Below, piece after piece: positions 38,511 to 50,299 of a DNA stretch of 64,000 bases (its first letter is position 1; each line of letters opens with the position of its first letter). Both the position numbers and the translations under genes were made by a program. Origin of the DNA: Octopus sinensis (lineage: Eukaryota). The notes beneath the pieces were generated by a model. That model was not told the DNA's origin and searched no databases. It saw only the letters and a list, made by a program, of their open reading frames with translations. The stretch spans positions 50,852,464 to 50,916,463 of the forward strand of contig NC_043011.1 of assembly GCF_006345805.1 (NCBI RefSeq), given 5' to 3'.

Positions 38511-38637
38511 TTGCTTGGCGTTTCATGTGATGTACTATAAGAGATGTAGCATCATCAATTGTTGACCTGTCTTTGTATACAAAGGAAATGTGAGGCCCAG
38601 GGGTGAAGTTATCTTTACGTTCCGATTGTTCTGCTTG
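38511..38637 (-). CDS. SIN3A: SIN3 exon 14
   Basis: QAEQSERKDNFTPGPHISFVYKDRSTIDDATSLIVHHMKRQA; cf. human [28 protein letters not shown]. Confidence 0.94.
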
Positions 38638-38759
38638 CTACAAAATATAAAGACAAACAATTACCACTGCAATCATCATCATCATCACGTACCAAAGAAA
38701 AAGAAATGATTTTTAATTACCAAGATGTGTAATGGCCAAAGATAATCAAAATAACTAAC

Positions 38760-38943
38760 CTCATCATAAAGAGTTTCTATTTCATTAAGTAGAGCTTTCG
38801 ATCGAATTGCCTTCACGTCATTTTGCTTAAAGTTGATGCCCATATGATCTAAAGATTTTAAATAGAATTTTTCATTCTGCTCACGCCACAGTTTATTAAA
38901 CTGTTTCTGATTTTCCCGCCATTCTTCTTCCTTTGCTTTTAAC
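38760..38943 (-). CDS. SIN3A: SIN3 exon 13
   Basis: [61 protein letters not shown]. Confidence 0.97.
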
Positions 38944-39034
38944 CTGAAATAATAATGAACATCAATCAACTGAAGTATAAAAACACTAAGAGCAGAAACA
39001 ACAATCTAAATAAATAAATGGCACAGTATCTCAC

Positions 39035-39115
39035 CTTCTTAGAACCAATGGAACAGCCACACAGGGATTTTTCTTTAAACCATCAATTATATCAGGGGCC
39101 TTATCTCCATATAAC
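39035..39115 (-). CDS. SIN3A: SIN3 exon 12
   Basis: [26 protein letters not shown](R); 81 nt, phase 2/2. Confidence 0.96.
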
Positions 39116-39221
39116 CTGATGGAAGATATGAAAGGGAATCATTTAAAAAACGAATTGTCTAAACAGGTCAATACCAATCAAAAGACTATCAATCTAATAA
39201 CTTCTGCAAATCAATACTCAC

Positions 39222-39379
39222 CGATGAATGGCTTTTCTGTGTAAAACTTCAGATGTTCCACCTAAACAGTTGTCTAACCTAAACTTAGCCGCTTCTTCAG
39301 GACTCATCCTGGATAATTTTTTTTGTACAGTCTCAAGCACTTTGATGACTGCAGAATTGGTTTCAATGACAACATCTAA
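39222..39379 (-). CDS. SIN3A: SIN3 exon 11: HID
   Basis: [52 protein letters not shown](R); donor gtgagt. Confidence 0.96.
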
Positions 39380-39611
39380 CTAAAAAAGAAAGCAGCACAT
39401 ATAGTAAAATCTAATATATAATTAATATACGTGCACAAAAACATTGCGAAACACCGACATACAGTAACTGCATGCTAACACCAATACACAATACCTACAT
39501 TTATACAAACACAGTAAATGATATACAATAGATATAATACATGCTAAAATACAATAACTACATAGCAAACACTGGTATACCATTACTCCATAGTAAATAT
39601 ACAGTAGACAC

Positions 39612-39855
39612 CTATCATCATTCCATGCTGGCATGGGTTGGATGGTTTGAACAGGACTGGCAAGCTGGAAGGCTGTACCAGACTAGTCTGATTTGGTGTG
39701 ATTTCTACGGCTGGATACCCTTCCCAATGCCAACCACTCAGTATCATGGGTGCATTTACATGCCACCAGCCAGGATGCCATTTGCCCGATACTAGTACCT
39801 CTGCCATGACTACTTTTTTGACTTGGCTTGGTGGGTCTTCTCAAGCACAGCATAA
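39612..39855 (-). mobile_element. SINE family B (degenerate)
   Basis: catcattccatgctggcatgggttggatgg...ctggatacccttcccaatgccaacc. Confidence 0.7.
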
Positions 39856-40133
39856 TGCCAATAATATATATATATAGTAAATACTAATCTGCAATATTTG
39901 GTAAATAGATATATAATAAATACCAGCATATAGTAAAACTGAAGTTGATTGAATTTGCGATTTTTACATTCTATCCCTCCACTGATGTGTGAAACATGTT
40001 AAATTCTTGGACACTTTTTTTGAGCCCACAGCATGCAAACCAACATATTGATATATGTTTATTATAAATTGTGAAATATAGTCTCAACTGTTTAAGAGTA
40101 ACAGCTGATATAGATTTTCCATATAGTAGCTAG

Positions 40134-40238
40134 TATGTTAGAATCTGGGACCCTTTAAGGTCCCGCGTTCATACTATTCAAGCACAGTGCTTGAATAGTA
40201 TGAACGCTGGATCTTAAAGGGTCCGACATTCTAACATA
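40134..40238. repeat. 105-bp near-perfect palindrome
   Basis: 52-bp arms with 4 mismatches around a single central base; outer TA on both sides. Confidence 0.93.
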
Positions 40239-41046
40239 TCCAACCAAAAAAGGAATTCCCCCTATGGGCACAAAGGGCTAGAAATAGCAGCTATCTAACT
40301 GTACTGATGCAATGGATAATGTAGCTCAATTTTCTATACTTTGAACGATGGCCAAACGTTTCACAAGAAATATTGTATACATGTTGACCACGTTTTCCCA
40401 CAGTATGCAAACACTATCAAGACAAGGTAAGAGAACTCTCTTTCTCAAGGCATTGGTCCCTGACACTAACTTACAATACCATGCAGTGAGAAGAAACTAA
40501 ACAAGAGGAAAACAGAAGTCTGTGTCAACAAGATTAGTAAACATGAATGTTTGTAACACCCGTATATGTGTTTGGTTTTTCCGTGCTAGGATGGGATAAA
40601 ACGAATATATCAAATTGCTTTACAGCTGTTGCAAACACTGTTTAATTTTAGCTAAGTGATATTTTAATCCCACAAAAATGTTCAAAGTAATCAAATAATT
40701 GATTGAGAAGGGAAATAAAAGCCATGTCACTGCCTGTAGCTGAGCAATTTCCAATACATAAAGTACATGTGAACTTCTTTCAGTTTCTGTCAACCAAATC
40801 TACTTAAAACAGTTTTGTTGGTCTAGGGCTATAGTAGTAAGACACTTGCCCAAGGTGCTGAACCTAAAATCACTTGGATGGGAAGCAAACTTAACCAAAT
40901 TTTCTATGGCCAGAAGCCTGGCCTGTTGCCAACCCTCACTTGTTTCCAAGTAAGGTAATGTCTCTTCAAGGAAGGCTGGAAATGAAGAACATTACTTGTA
41001 TGATGGTGATGCTCATTTACAATCATTACATGTTAAGACAAGGATA

Positions 41047-42540
41047 CAGAGCAAGAGAGCAAGAGTGAAAGCAAGAGAAAGAGCAAGAGAGCAAGAGTGA
41101 AAGCAAGAGAAAGAGCAAGAGAGCAAGAGTGAAAGCAAGAGAAAGAGCAAGAGAGCAAGAGTGAAAGAGTGAAAGCAAGAGAAAGAGCAAGAGAGCAAGA
41201 GTGAAAGAGTGAAAGCAAGAGAAAGAGCAAGAGAGCAAGAGTGAAAGAGTGAAAGCAAGAGAAAGAGCAAGAGAGCAAGAGTGAAAGAGTGAAAGCAAGA
41301 GAAAGAGCAAGAGAGCAAGAGTGAAAGAGTGAAAGCAGAGAAAGAGCAAGAGAGCAAGAGTGAAAGAGTGAAAGCAAAGAAAGAGCAAGAGAGCAAGAGT
41401 GAAAGAGTGAAAGAGTGAAAGCAAGAGAAAGAGCAAGAGAGCAAGAGTGAAAGAGTGAAAGAGTGAAAGCAAGAGAAAGAGCAAGAGAGCAAGAGTGAAA
41501 GAGTGAAAGAGTGAAAGCAAGAGAAAGAGCAAGAGAGCAAGAGTGAAAGAGTGAAAGAGTGAAAGCAAGAGAAAGAGCAAGAGAGCAAGAGTGAAAGCAA
41601 GAGAGCAAGAGCGAAAGCAAGAGAGCAAGAGCGAAAGCAAGAGAGCAAGAGCGAAAGCAAGAGAGCAAGAGCGAAAGCAAGAGAGCAAGAGCGAAAGCAA
41701 GAGAGCAAGAGCGAAAGCAAGAGAGCAAGAGCGAAAGCAAGAGAGCAAGAGTGAAAGCAAGAGTGAAAGCAAGAGAGCAAGAGTGAAAGCAAGAGAGCAA
41801 GAGTGAAAGCAAGAGAGCAAGAGTGAAAGCAAGAGAGCAAGAGTGAAAGCAAGAGAGCAAGAGTGAAAGCAAGAGTGAAAGCAAGAGAGCAAGAGTGAAA
41901 GCAAGAGAAAGAGCGAGGGAGAGAGTGAAAGAGCGAGGGAGAGAGTGAAAGAGCGAGGGAGAGAGTGAAAGAGTGAAAGAGCGAAAGAGTGAAAGAGCGA
42001 AAGAGAGCGAAGGAGAGAGAGAGAGCGAAGGAGAGAGAGAGAGCGAAGGAGAGAGAGAGAGCGAAGGAGAGAGAGAGAGCGAAGGAGAGAGAGAGAGCGA
42101 AGGAGAGAGAGAGAGCGAAGGAGAGAGAGAGAGCGAAGGAGAGAGAGAGAGCGAAGGAGAGAGAGAGAGCAAAGGAGAGAGAGAGAGCAAAGGAGAGAGA
42201 GAGAGCAAAGGAGAGAGAGAGAGCAAAGGAGAGAGAGAGAGCAAAGGAGAGAGAGAGAGCAAAGGAGAGAGAGAGCAAGAGGAGAGAAGAGCAATAGGAG
42301 AAGGAGAGGCAAAGGAAAGAGGAGAGAGACAGGAGAGCAAGGAGAGAGAGACAGAGCAAAGGAGAGAGAGAGAGCAAGGAGAGAGAGAGAGCAAAGGAGA
42401 GAGAGAGAGCAAAGGAGAGAGAGCAAAGGAGAGAGAGCAAAGGAGAGAGAGAGCAAAGGAGAGAGAGAGAGAGAGCAAAGGAGAGAGAGCAAAGGAGAGA
42501 GCGAAAGAGAAAGAGCGAGAGAGAGAGCAAGAGAGAAGAA
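41047..42540. repeat. About 1.5-kb compound purine-rich mini/microsatellite in the SIN3 intron after the HID exon
   Basis: Blocks of GAGCAAGAGTGAAAGCAAGAGAAA-type units (about 18-36 bp) grading into (GAGAGAGAGAGCGAAGGA)n 18-mers. Confidence 0.97.
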
Positions 42541-42593
42541 AATACCACAAAAATGAAAGTGACAAGACACACTTCCAACTTAAGATGTTTTAC

Positions 42594-42808
42594 CTCAAAT
42601 CGCTCATCCTCACATCGATAGACATGTTCTTCATACTGAGTTTTTCTAGACGTGACAAATGTGGAGTCTTCCGACCATGATGGGAATGAGACCCAGGTAT
42701 CATTGAGGACTTCTTTGCATAATGGAGTTCTTCCCGAACATTTGGGTTGTGGATACGATGAAGGAAGTGCACGATAACTGACACCAAACTTTTTACACGT
42801 TGAAAAAT
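42594..42808 (-). CDS. SIN3A: SIN3 exon 10: histone deacetylase interaction domain (HID)
   Basis: [72 protein letters not shown], near-identical to the SIN3 HID signature. Confidence 0.98.
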
Positions 42809-43506
42809 CTGCAACATAAATGGAACACAAAGGGTAGCATAAAAACAGCAATGGAAGAATTAATGCATGATTAGACTTCATCTGATCAGACATTCTAGTC
42901 ATGACCACGCCAAACAGTGTCCATGACCACATTATCCAATGTGACCTTTTTAAAAGGTAGTAAGAGGCAATCAAAGATTTGGTTGCTATTTCTAGCATAT
43001 AGGGTTTGTAGTTGGCCTTAGAATTAATGATGTATCAAAGGGCCTAAGACATTGGGGTAGTGAACTCAAAGATCCTGCATCTAGTGTCATTGCCCAAGAA
43101 TCCAGTCTGTTTATATAATACTAGTGATACCTCGAAGAGGAACCCAATTTTCTCTCAAACTAGACCCTAAAAGGCGGACAAGTTGACTTAGATACACTAT
43201 TCTTGCCACCCCCCCACTGGTCATAGTTGGAAAACTGGAACTAAACAGCAAGAACAGAGACTGAGAAGTAAACATAATGCAACAGTTAACGTTGGGATCC
43301 AGTTGTTGGGTAGCCAAAAATCAGCTCTGATATAGTAGACCCTTAACACACAAATTGTTGTTCATATAACTAGGTGTTGCTCCAAGGATCTGTTAACCCA
43401 GAAATATCGCACACTCCCAAAATGCAGAGATGAATTACAAGGAGTGCAGAGAGAGTAGACAAAACTGATCTTACAAATTCATAAAAAAACAAACAAAAGT
43501 ACTTAC

Positions 43507-43637
43507 CTATTTCCATGGCTAAGTCGCCACTAATTCTCTCTTTACCAGTCGCCGAGTGTGGAACAGGGTCGACGTTGCTACCAGATTCTTTATAACCAAG
43601 AAAGTCTTTGAACCATTTATTCAGCTCAGGATGCCTC
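43507..43637 (-). CDS. SIN3A: SIN3 exon 9: end of PAH3
   Basis: RHPELNKWFKDFLGYKESGSNVDPVPHSATGKERISGDLAMEI; phase 2 to 1; donor gtaagt. Confidence 0.95.
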
Positions 43638-44588
43638 CTGGAATCGACAGGATTTGGAAAAAAATCATTATAGTCATTTGGGGGTGGGAATGTAAAGCTT
43701 TACACACGACATGTGAAGTGTATGGCACCTCACAAAACGTCATGTAATATACATATATTAGAATATCATACAAACATTTATACCAGCATCAGTGGAATGG
43801 ATTTTGTTGGAAAAACTGCTTTCATAATAGGATACTTTGCCTACCACACCCATCCAACTGTGTCAGGCAAAGACTGAGGCATAGAACAGTTTATACTATA
43901 TGGACTGCTCAACATAACCAATATTAAGATCACTTTCAGTCAAAGGTCACAAGATGGCCAGATCAAAGTTGAAGATATCACACACCACAACTGCACATGT
44001 TAGGTTACCATGACAAGAGAAAATATATAACAATTCAGTTGAAGCCCTTTAAGAAAAAGAACTGACTGAGAATGTCGAATGATTTCCTGTCCCCATGGCA
44101 ACTTAACCTACTTTTAAATTTGAAAAAAAAAAAAATGTGTATTTTCTCTTTCTACATTGACACTTGATCATAGGCAGACCACTGTCAGGTCTCCTTAGGA
44201 GTGAATATATCTAGCACAATTCTAAAGTACAAATGGTATCATATTCCATGATGCCACTTTTATATACCTATAAATTTACTTAAATATCTTTTCAAGATAC
44301 GAAAATATACAACACACATTTGCACAGACACTATTGTTCTTCATCCACTTTCCATGCTAGCAGGAGTTAGACTGGGCAAGGGATCACATCTCATATTACA
44401 CGTGAAAAATAAGATTGAATCCTCATCTTGAAATAAATTTCAAGATGAGGATTCAATCTTACCTAGTTTCTCACTTCTATAGGTTGCTTCCACAGGTAAC
44501 ATCTTTTATCTCTTCAATGAGCAGAAAATGTGAGGATGGAGCAAATTGCTATGCCAGACACACATACACTGGTTTCCCTGATACTCAC

Positions 44589-44707
44589 CCCAAAAATGTC
44601 TGCACCATCTGAACCAACTCTGCTCTAGAAAGTACTTCTTGGTTGAATAGTACCAAACAGCGTAGGAAGTTCTCATAGACATCAGTATTTTTCAAGATCT
44701 TTCGCAC
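44589..44707 (-). CDS. SIN3A: SIN3 exon 8: PAH3
   Basis: [39 protein letters not shown](G); donor gtgagt. Confidence 0.96.
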
Positions 44708-44800
44708 CTAAAAACAAGAGAACAAGAAAAAAATTGATCAACCTGTTAATCTGATGTATAACAAATTGGGAAATGGATATCATTTTAGTGAGATTTATAT

Positions 44801-44803
<3 letters not shown>

Positions 44804-44843
<40 letters not shown>

Positions 44844-44885
44844 CATACACATACACACACACACACATATATGAGAGAGAGAGAG
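44804..44885. repeat. Compound (TA)n/(CA)n/(GA)n microsatellite filling much of a 187-nt SIN3 intron
   Basis: Directly visible. Confidence 0.9.
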
Positions 44886-44894
44886 AATGTGTAC

Positions 44895-44981
44895 CTTATC
44901 AAAAAAGGCAAACTCATTTAGCGTGCCGTATTTTCCAGCTTCAGCTAATGAAACATCTTTTAAACTGCTAGGTTTTAATTT
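44895..44981 (-). CDS. SIN3A: SIN3 exon 7: start of PAH3
   Basis: KLKPSSLKDVSLAEAGKYGTLNEFAFFDK; canonical splice sites. Confidence 0.95.
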
Positions 44982-45321
44982 CTGCAAACAGAAAAATAAA
45001 ACAAAGACTAAATTAAAACAGAAAACAAACAGAAAAATGGGATTAAACTATGTATAATGAATATTTACTTTAAAAGTAAATGATTATTTAGAGAGGGACA
45101 AAAATAAAAAAAAAGGAGGTAGATTAGTGAACTGAATTGATTTCAGTAGAAGAGGTAAAAAATTTTTTAATCCGAGTTGAATCTAAATTGATGTTAGATA
45201 TTTTTATTGAGTAATCAACTATTTCTGTGGCTATCATACCTCTTATGATCCACTCCATATACTGTATTTAAGCTTATGAGAGGATAAAATGAGCCATAAT
45301 AGAGGAAAGAAACTGTTTTAC

Positions 45322-45474
45322 CTTAGCTGGAGGCTGTTGATTGGCTGGAGGACGTCTTAACTGGCAACTGCTTTTATTATTCTGAGTTTTGTTATTTATT
45401 CCAGGTTTTTTAACACTAGAGGTCCGATCATTCCGTACACTCAAAGGAGAATCACTTTGCTGAGGCGAAGACGA
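45322..45474 (-). CDS. SIN3A: SIN3 exon 6: PAH2-PAH3 linker
   Basis: SSSPQQSDSPLSVRNDRTSSVKKPGINNK...CQLRRPPANQQPPAK resembles human VKKPQLNNK...CQIRR; 153 nt, phase 0/0. Confidence 0.9.
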
Positions 45475-46126
45475 CTGATGTAAAAGAAAAAAGTTTTCCT
45501 CTTTATTACACAAATACAACATCGTTTAGCATTTTAGATTTTTCACATTGCAACCCCCCCCCCCCAAATTACAGAGGCAGGTTATAGCTCCTATAATTGT
45601 TCCCAGGACATGGCTGTGGACCTGCACTTATATAAATTGACCCCAAAATAAACGAAACATTACAACAATGGATTGCTGGGTACCGCAAAGGACTCCGTTA
45701 TTATGAAGGACGTACTAGACAACCACTGGATATCCTTTGTGGTTGCTTCTTTACGGTCAAGTGTAATGCTTATTTATTCCTGCTGTTTTGAATTAATCAC
45801 ATATCTCATAGCTTTAAGATTTCAAGGATGTGATTATTTTATGAGAGAGGCCAGATCTAGCTGGTTTGAACATAGAGCAGGTAGAATACAGCAGGTTTAA
45901 ATTCATAGACATTAAGTCCAGCACTTGAAACAATTACATACCCCCAACCACCACTTTCAACAACAGCTCTATCCATCCATGGCGACTATTTACAGGAGAC
46001 AATGAATCAACAGCAGATGACCAGTACAAATAACCTGTGAATACTGGGTCCAGAGAATAATATACTTTCTGTAAGATTTGTGTTTCCTTAAAAGAAGAGA
46101 TAGTAAGTCTTTGTCAAAATACTTAC

Positions 46127-46270
46127 ACAGTTTATATATGAAGAACCATTGGCATCTGGAAGAAACTGACCAAACTCCTTGAGAAGGTCTTCCTGATTGT
46201 GGAATAATCTAGCCACCTGGGAGTAGACTTCCGCTTCAGTGAGAGGTTTACAGCCAGGTTGATTGATACC
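46127..46270 (-). CDS. SIN3A: SIN3 exon 5: end of PAH2
   Basis: [48 protein letters not shown]; donor gtaagt. Confidence 0.96.
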
Positions 46271-46446
46271 CTGAATCAAAATAAAAAAATAAGAAACATC
46301 AATATTTTGAAGACATCCAACATTTCTTCTTTGCTGAAATCCATTATCAACTGCCTTTTCACTCAGTTTCTGCACTCTTCTAACAAAACTGATTGGAAGC
46401 AGAAAAATTTCCAGGCAGTCATCGAAGTATTAAAACTCATCATTTC

Positions 46447-46638
46447 GCCTGGCACCTGTGCAGGTGGAACGTAAAAAGCACCCACTACACTCACGGAGTG
46501 GTTGGCGTTAGGAAGGGCATCCAGCTGTAGAAACATTGCCAGATAAGACTGGAGCCTGGTGCAGCCTTCTGGCTTCCCAGATCCCCGGTCGAACCGTCCA
46601 ACCCATGCTAGCATGGAGAACGGACGTTAAACGATGAT
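46447..46638 (+). mobile_element. SINE family B
   Basis: Low-divergence copy ending cggacgttaaacgatgat. Confidence 0.87.
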
Positions 46639-46872
46639 ATCCTTTGCCCGACAATGTAAAAACTAATATAAAGACAATAAAGGTGACTATGGGTATGTGT
46701 GCATGTATAAACAGAGTTCAAGCGACTATTGCAGACAATACTGCCAATACAAGTGTATACAAAACCCTAATGCTAATAATATAGAAAAAATTGGAAGAAG
46801 AGAGGAGGGATGTTCATGTTGATTTTATAGAATTAAAATCATTTTACATTAATGAAAAAATACAATACTAAC

Positions 46873-46959
46873 TTCCTTCAAATTTCTTTGTTCCTTCTGG
46901 TAGGTGTGCAAGATCTCCAAGAAAGCTTTGTAGACTTCAGGCTGGCCTTGGAATCTATT
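46873..46959 (-). CDS. SIN3A: SIN3 exon 4: PAH2
   Basis: [29 protein letters not shown]; acceptor tttttatag, donor gttagt. Confidence 0.96.
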
Positions 46960-48463
46960 CTATAAAAACAAAGCCAATATTCATATTAATACAGTTAATT
47001 TGGGTTTGTAGATATTTCAATAAAGGCAAAGTGGGGAGAAAAAATTTTTTCAACAAGAAAGTTTCCAGGAATGTTAACATTTCTATAATAAGGCAAAAAA
47101 AGTTTTGTAAACAAGGGACATAGGTTTAAAATCCAGATAATACAAATTTAGGTGTCCCTCGTGGAAGCATTACTTTTACATTCCTAAAACCATGAAAGTT
47201 AATGGAGAAATAGATTTCTGCACCATAGGATTCCATGTTACAGAACAATTTTCAGGAACACAACACTTCTAAAACACCCAAGATACTTGTACATTATTAA
47301 TCTTATAAAGATGGAAGTTAATATTGGTAAATTTTGCGGTTGGTATTGAGAGAACCATATAGCCTGGTCTACTGATATGGCTATCACCACTGCTCTATTA
47401 ATTACCAAGTCATTAAAAATAATTACGTGTGTATAAATTTTCCTCATGTTACAAGTTAGATTTGAAGGTTTTTACAATCTGCATATAAATTTTCTTTCGA
47501 GCATAAGACTGTCTAAGTAGTTTGACAGATAAACTGTACCAGACAGCATATTTTTTAATAAAAGAGCATATTACAATAGTTAGGTAAATTGTAATTTGTG
47601 CTTTCAACAATCCAAATTGACAACATCATAAACATCTGATATGTGACTATAAACACTAATAACTGCAATGCTAGTTTTCATAACATGTAATAATAATGCC
47701 CCCTTTCTTGATCTGAGTATTTTACAAAGGGTGACAAAATTCAATCAGTTTATCCTGGTTTCAACACAAGTTACTTTTCATTTCAGCAGAGACCATAAGG
47801 ATAGTTTAATTGCACTGGATGCAATTTAATTCACAAGCTCTACAAGTATTCTATTTCATTACCTTGTACTCTTTATCAACTTATTTTTTTTTTCTTATTA
47901 CTCCAATCATGTTACTAGAAGATACGGAGTTGTGTTAGATCTCAGCAATTTGAGAATTGTGCCTGTTTGACTTTGTAAAATTTTTTTGGAAAATCAATTT
48001 CAAGGAATTATACAAAGATTGAGAAAAGCTGTGAAGGCCAGGAGTAATGTGTGGCCAAAAACAATTTATTTCTGCAGTATTTTGAACTCTCATTCTCTTC
48101 TGTTGTTTATTTGAAAAACTGTATTGAACCGTTTATTTTTATCTTCCTTTTTGTTGGGTCTTTCTCTCTGTAGTATTTAAAAAAATTTTGTGGACTATAT
48201 TTGAAACAGTTGTGAAATTGGAGAGAAAAACAGAATACAAAATGATAGCTCCATGAAAAGATTTAACTCTTTAGTATTCAGATTACTCTATCAAATGTCA
48301 TGTTTACATTGAACTTGACCACAGACAGTACAAAGAGGTTACACTGCAGATTGAGCCAGTTATGCACTTCTCTCTCTCACTCTGGGAAGTGTAACCATAA
48401 CTCATACAAACTATCTTGATACAAAGTTAATTGTGGAAGCTTGTGGCACCAAAAAGAGTATAG

Positions 48464-48806
48464 CTGTGGCTGTGTGGTAAGAAGCTTGCTTCCCAACCAC
48501 ATGGCTCTGAGTTTAGTCCCACTGCGTGGCACCTTGGGCAAGTGTCTTCTACTATAGACTTGACCTGACCAAAGCCTTGTGAGTGGATTTGGTAGATGGA
48601 AACTGAAAGAAGCCTGTAGTGCGTGTCCCCAGTATCACTTAACAGGTGTTAGTGTGTTTATGTCCTTGTAACTTAGTAGCTTGGTAAAAGACTAATAAGT
48701 ACCAGGTTTAAGAAAAAATAAGTACTGGGATCGATTCATTCAAAAAATTTTTCAGGGTAGTGCCCCAGCATGGCTGCAGTCTAATGACTGAAACAAGTAA
48801 AAAGTA
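48464..48806 (+). mobile_element. SINE family A abutting a SIN3 splice donor
   Basis: Full copy; tail ends about 7 nt from the exon boundary at 48814. Confidence 0.88.
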
Positions 48807-48813
48807 AACGAAC

Positions 48814-49002
48814 CTTGATTTTATTAACATAGTTAATGGCATGGTTAAACTCTACTGGCTGACTTGTTGGTTGACCTTGAGGGTTACTGTGCTGGTTGGT
48901 GGTCGGCATGTCTGCACCGACTCTTGAAGATTGGTTCTGAGAATGCTGACTTGTAGCACAGCCATTTGGAGAAGAACCAGGGACATTATTGGTCAAATTT
49001 TT
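48814..49002 (-). CDS. SIN3A: SIN3 exon 3: linker and start of PAH2
   Basis: KNLTNNVPG...QPVEFNHAINYVNKIK; 189 nt, phase 0/0; donor gttcgt. Confidence 0.95.
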
Positions 49003-50136
49003 CTGAATTGGAATAAAAAAATAAAAAAAAATTATATAAGTCATAACACAATACACTGAGATTTGAAAAAGACAAAAATACAAATGAATTGCATACTAAA
49101 TCTATACAGCATCATCTGGCTAATGGTAGCAACTTAGATTTAAAATACAATTTAAACTAGGCTTGTAGAAGAAAGATACTTTTGTGTGGGGTGGGAGGAA
49201 AGAACAACTGTGTTAAATATTTTTTGATAAAATATGTTAGGGGCTTTTGGTTTTAGTATATAGAGGTACATATGTTGTTCAGTCTTCTAATTATACCTAA
49301 TGAAGCAGATATATGATCAAAGGTGCCATAGTAATGACCACTATCTTTTTACATATCAGTGACTACATTACTCAGTGTGTCCTAACTTTGTGTGATTTGA
49401 GATTTGCTTGCTATATTTTAGCAAGTCAAACCACAACAATACTCACAGTATGCTGACAAGAATCATTTCTCAGACACCTTAATGTCTATTTTGTAGATGT
49501 GAAAGTCTTCTCAATCTTAATTTTTTTTTCAAATATAACTGAATCTCTAACACAATCAGTGGTCAGGTATATTTTAAGTAGCTCTCCTCACAACAAAAGT
49601 TAAAATATATGACTAAATACATTTGTATGGTGTGCCTCCCCCACCACCACCAAGGGTCAAGTAATGATAGTGGGATGATGTCAGAGGCAAGATAAAGAGG
49701 ATTGGTAGAAAATTAGGTAAAAAGTCTGATTTTCTGATAAAGGTCTGTGTGAATTGTTACATATTTTCTATCATTTTTTTTCCTTCACATTTTGAAAGTT
49801 CAAGTGTGTTAAAGTAGCTAAGATCCAATGTCAACAACAGGATCAAGTGCAAAGGGAGGTGGTAGACTTAATTAAGATAAGACAATAGCAAAACAGAGAA
49901 ATGGCTAAGTTTGGAGATAGATCAGGTTTGCCTTTTTTACTCATTTTTTTTCTGCTGAATATCTTTCCTTTCAACAGTTGTCTCCAAACTAATTTTAAAA
50001 TAGACTTTTAGAACAGGTATTGTGTTGCAAAAAAAAAAGAAAAAAAAAAAAAAAAGTCAGACATGTGGGAGATGAGAAGAAATACTAAAAGTATCCAAGA
50101 GGTAAGTGGATGTGAGGCTCCTAAAATTCATAAGGT

Positions 50137-50299
50137 ATACACTCACGGAGCGGCTGGCGTTAGGAAGGGCATCCAGCTGTAGAAACATTGCCAGATAAGA
50201 CCGGAGCCTGGTGCAGCCTTCTGGCTTCCCAGATCCCCGGTCGAACCGTCCAATCCATGCTAGCATGGAGAACAGACGTTAAACGATGATGATGATGAT
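50137..50299 (+). mobile_element. SINE family B (5'-truncated)
   Basis: Ends gacgttaaac(gat)n. Confidence 0.85.

Noticed and set aside
41013-42570. Long ORFs of 510-661 aa on the - strand and 71-235 aa on the +
   Set aside because: Stop-free translations of the satellite. Only 42594-42808 of the 661-aa ORF is a real SIN3 exon, ending at a GT donor.
46363-46614. Recurrent ORFs MLAWVGRF...LQLDALPNANHSVSVVGAFYVPP (also near 15207, 50057, 57237)
   Set aside because: Translations of SINE family B copies, not a gene family
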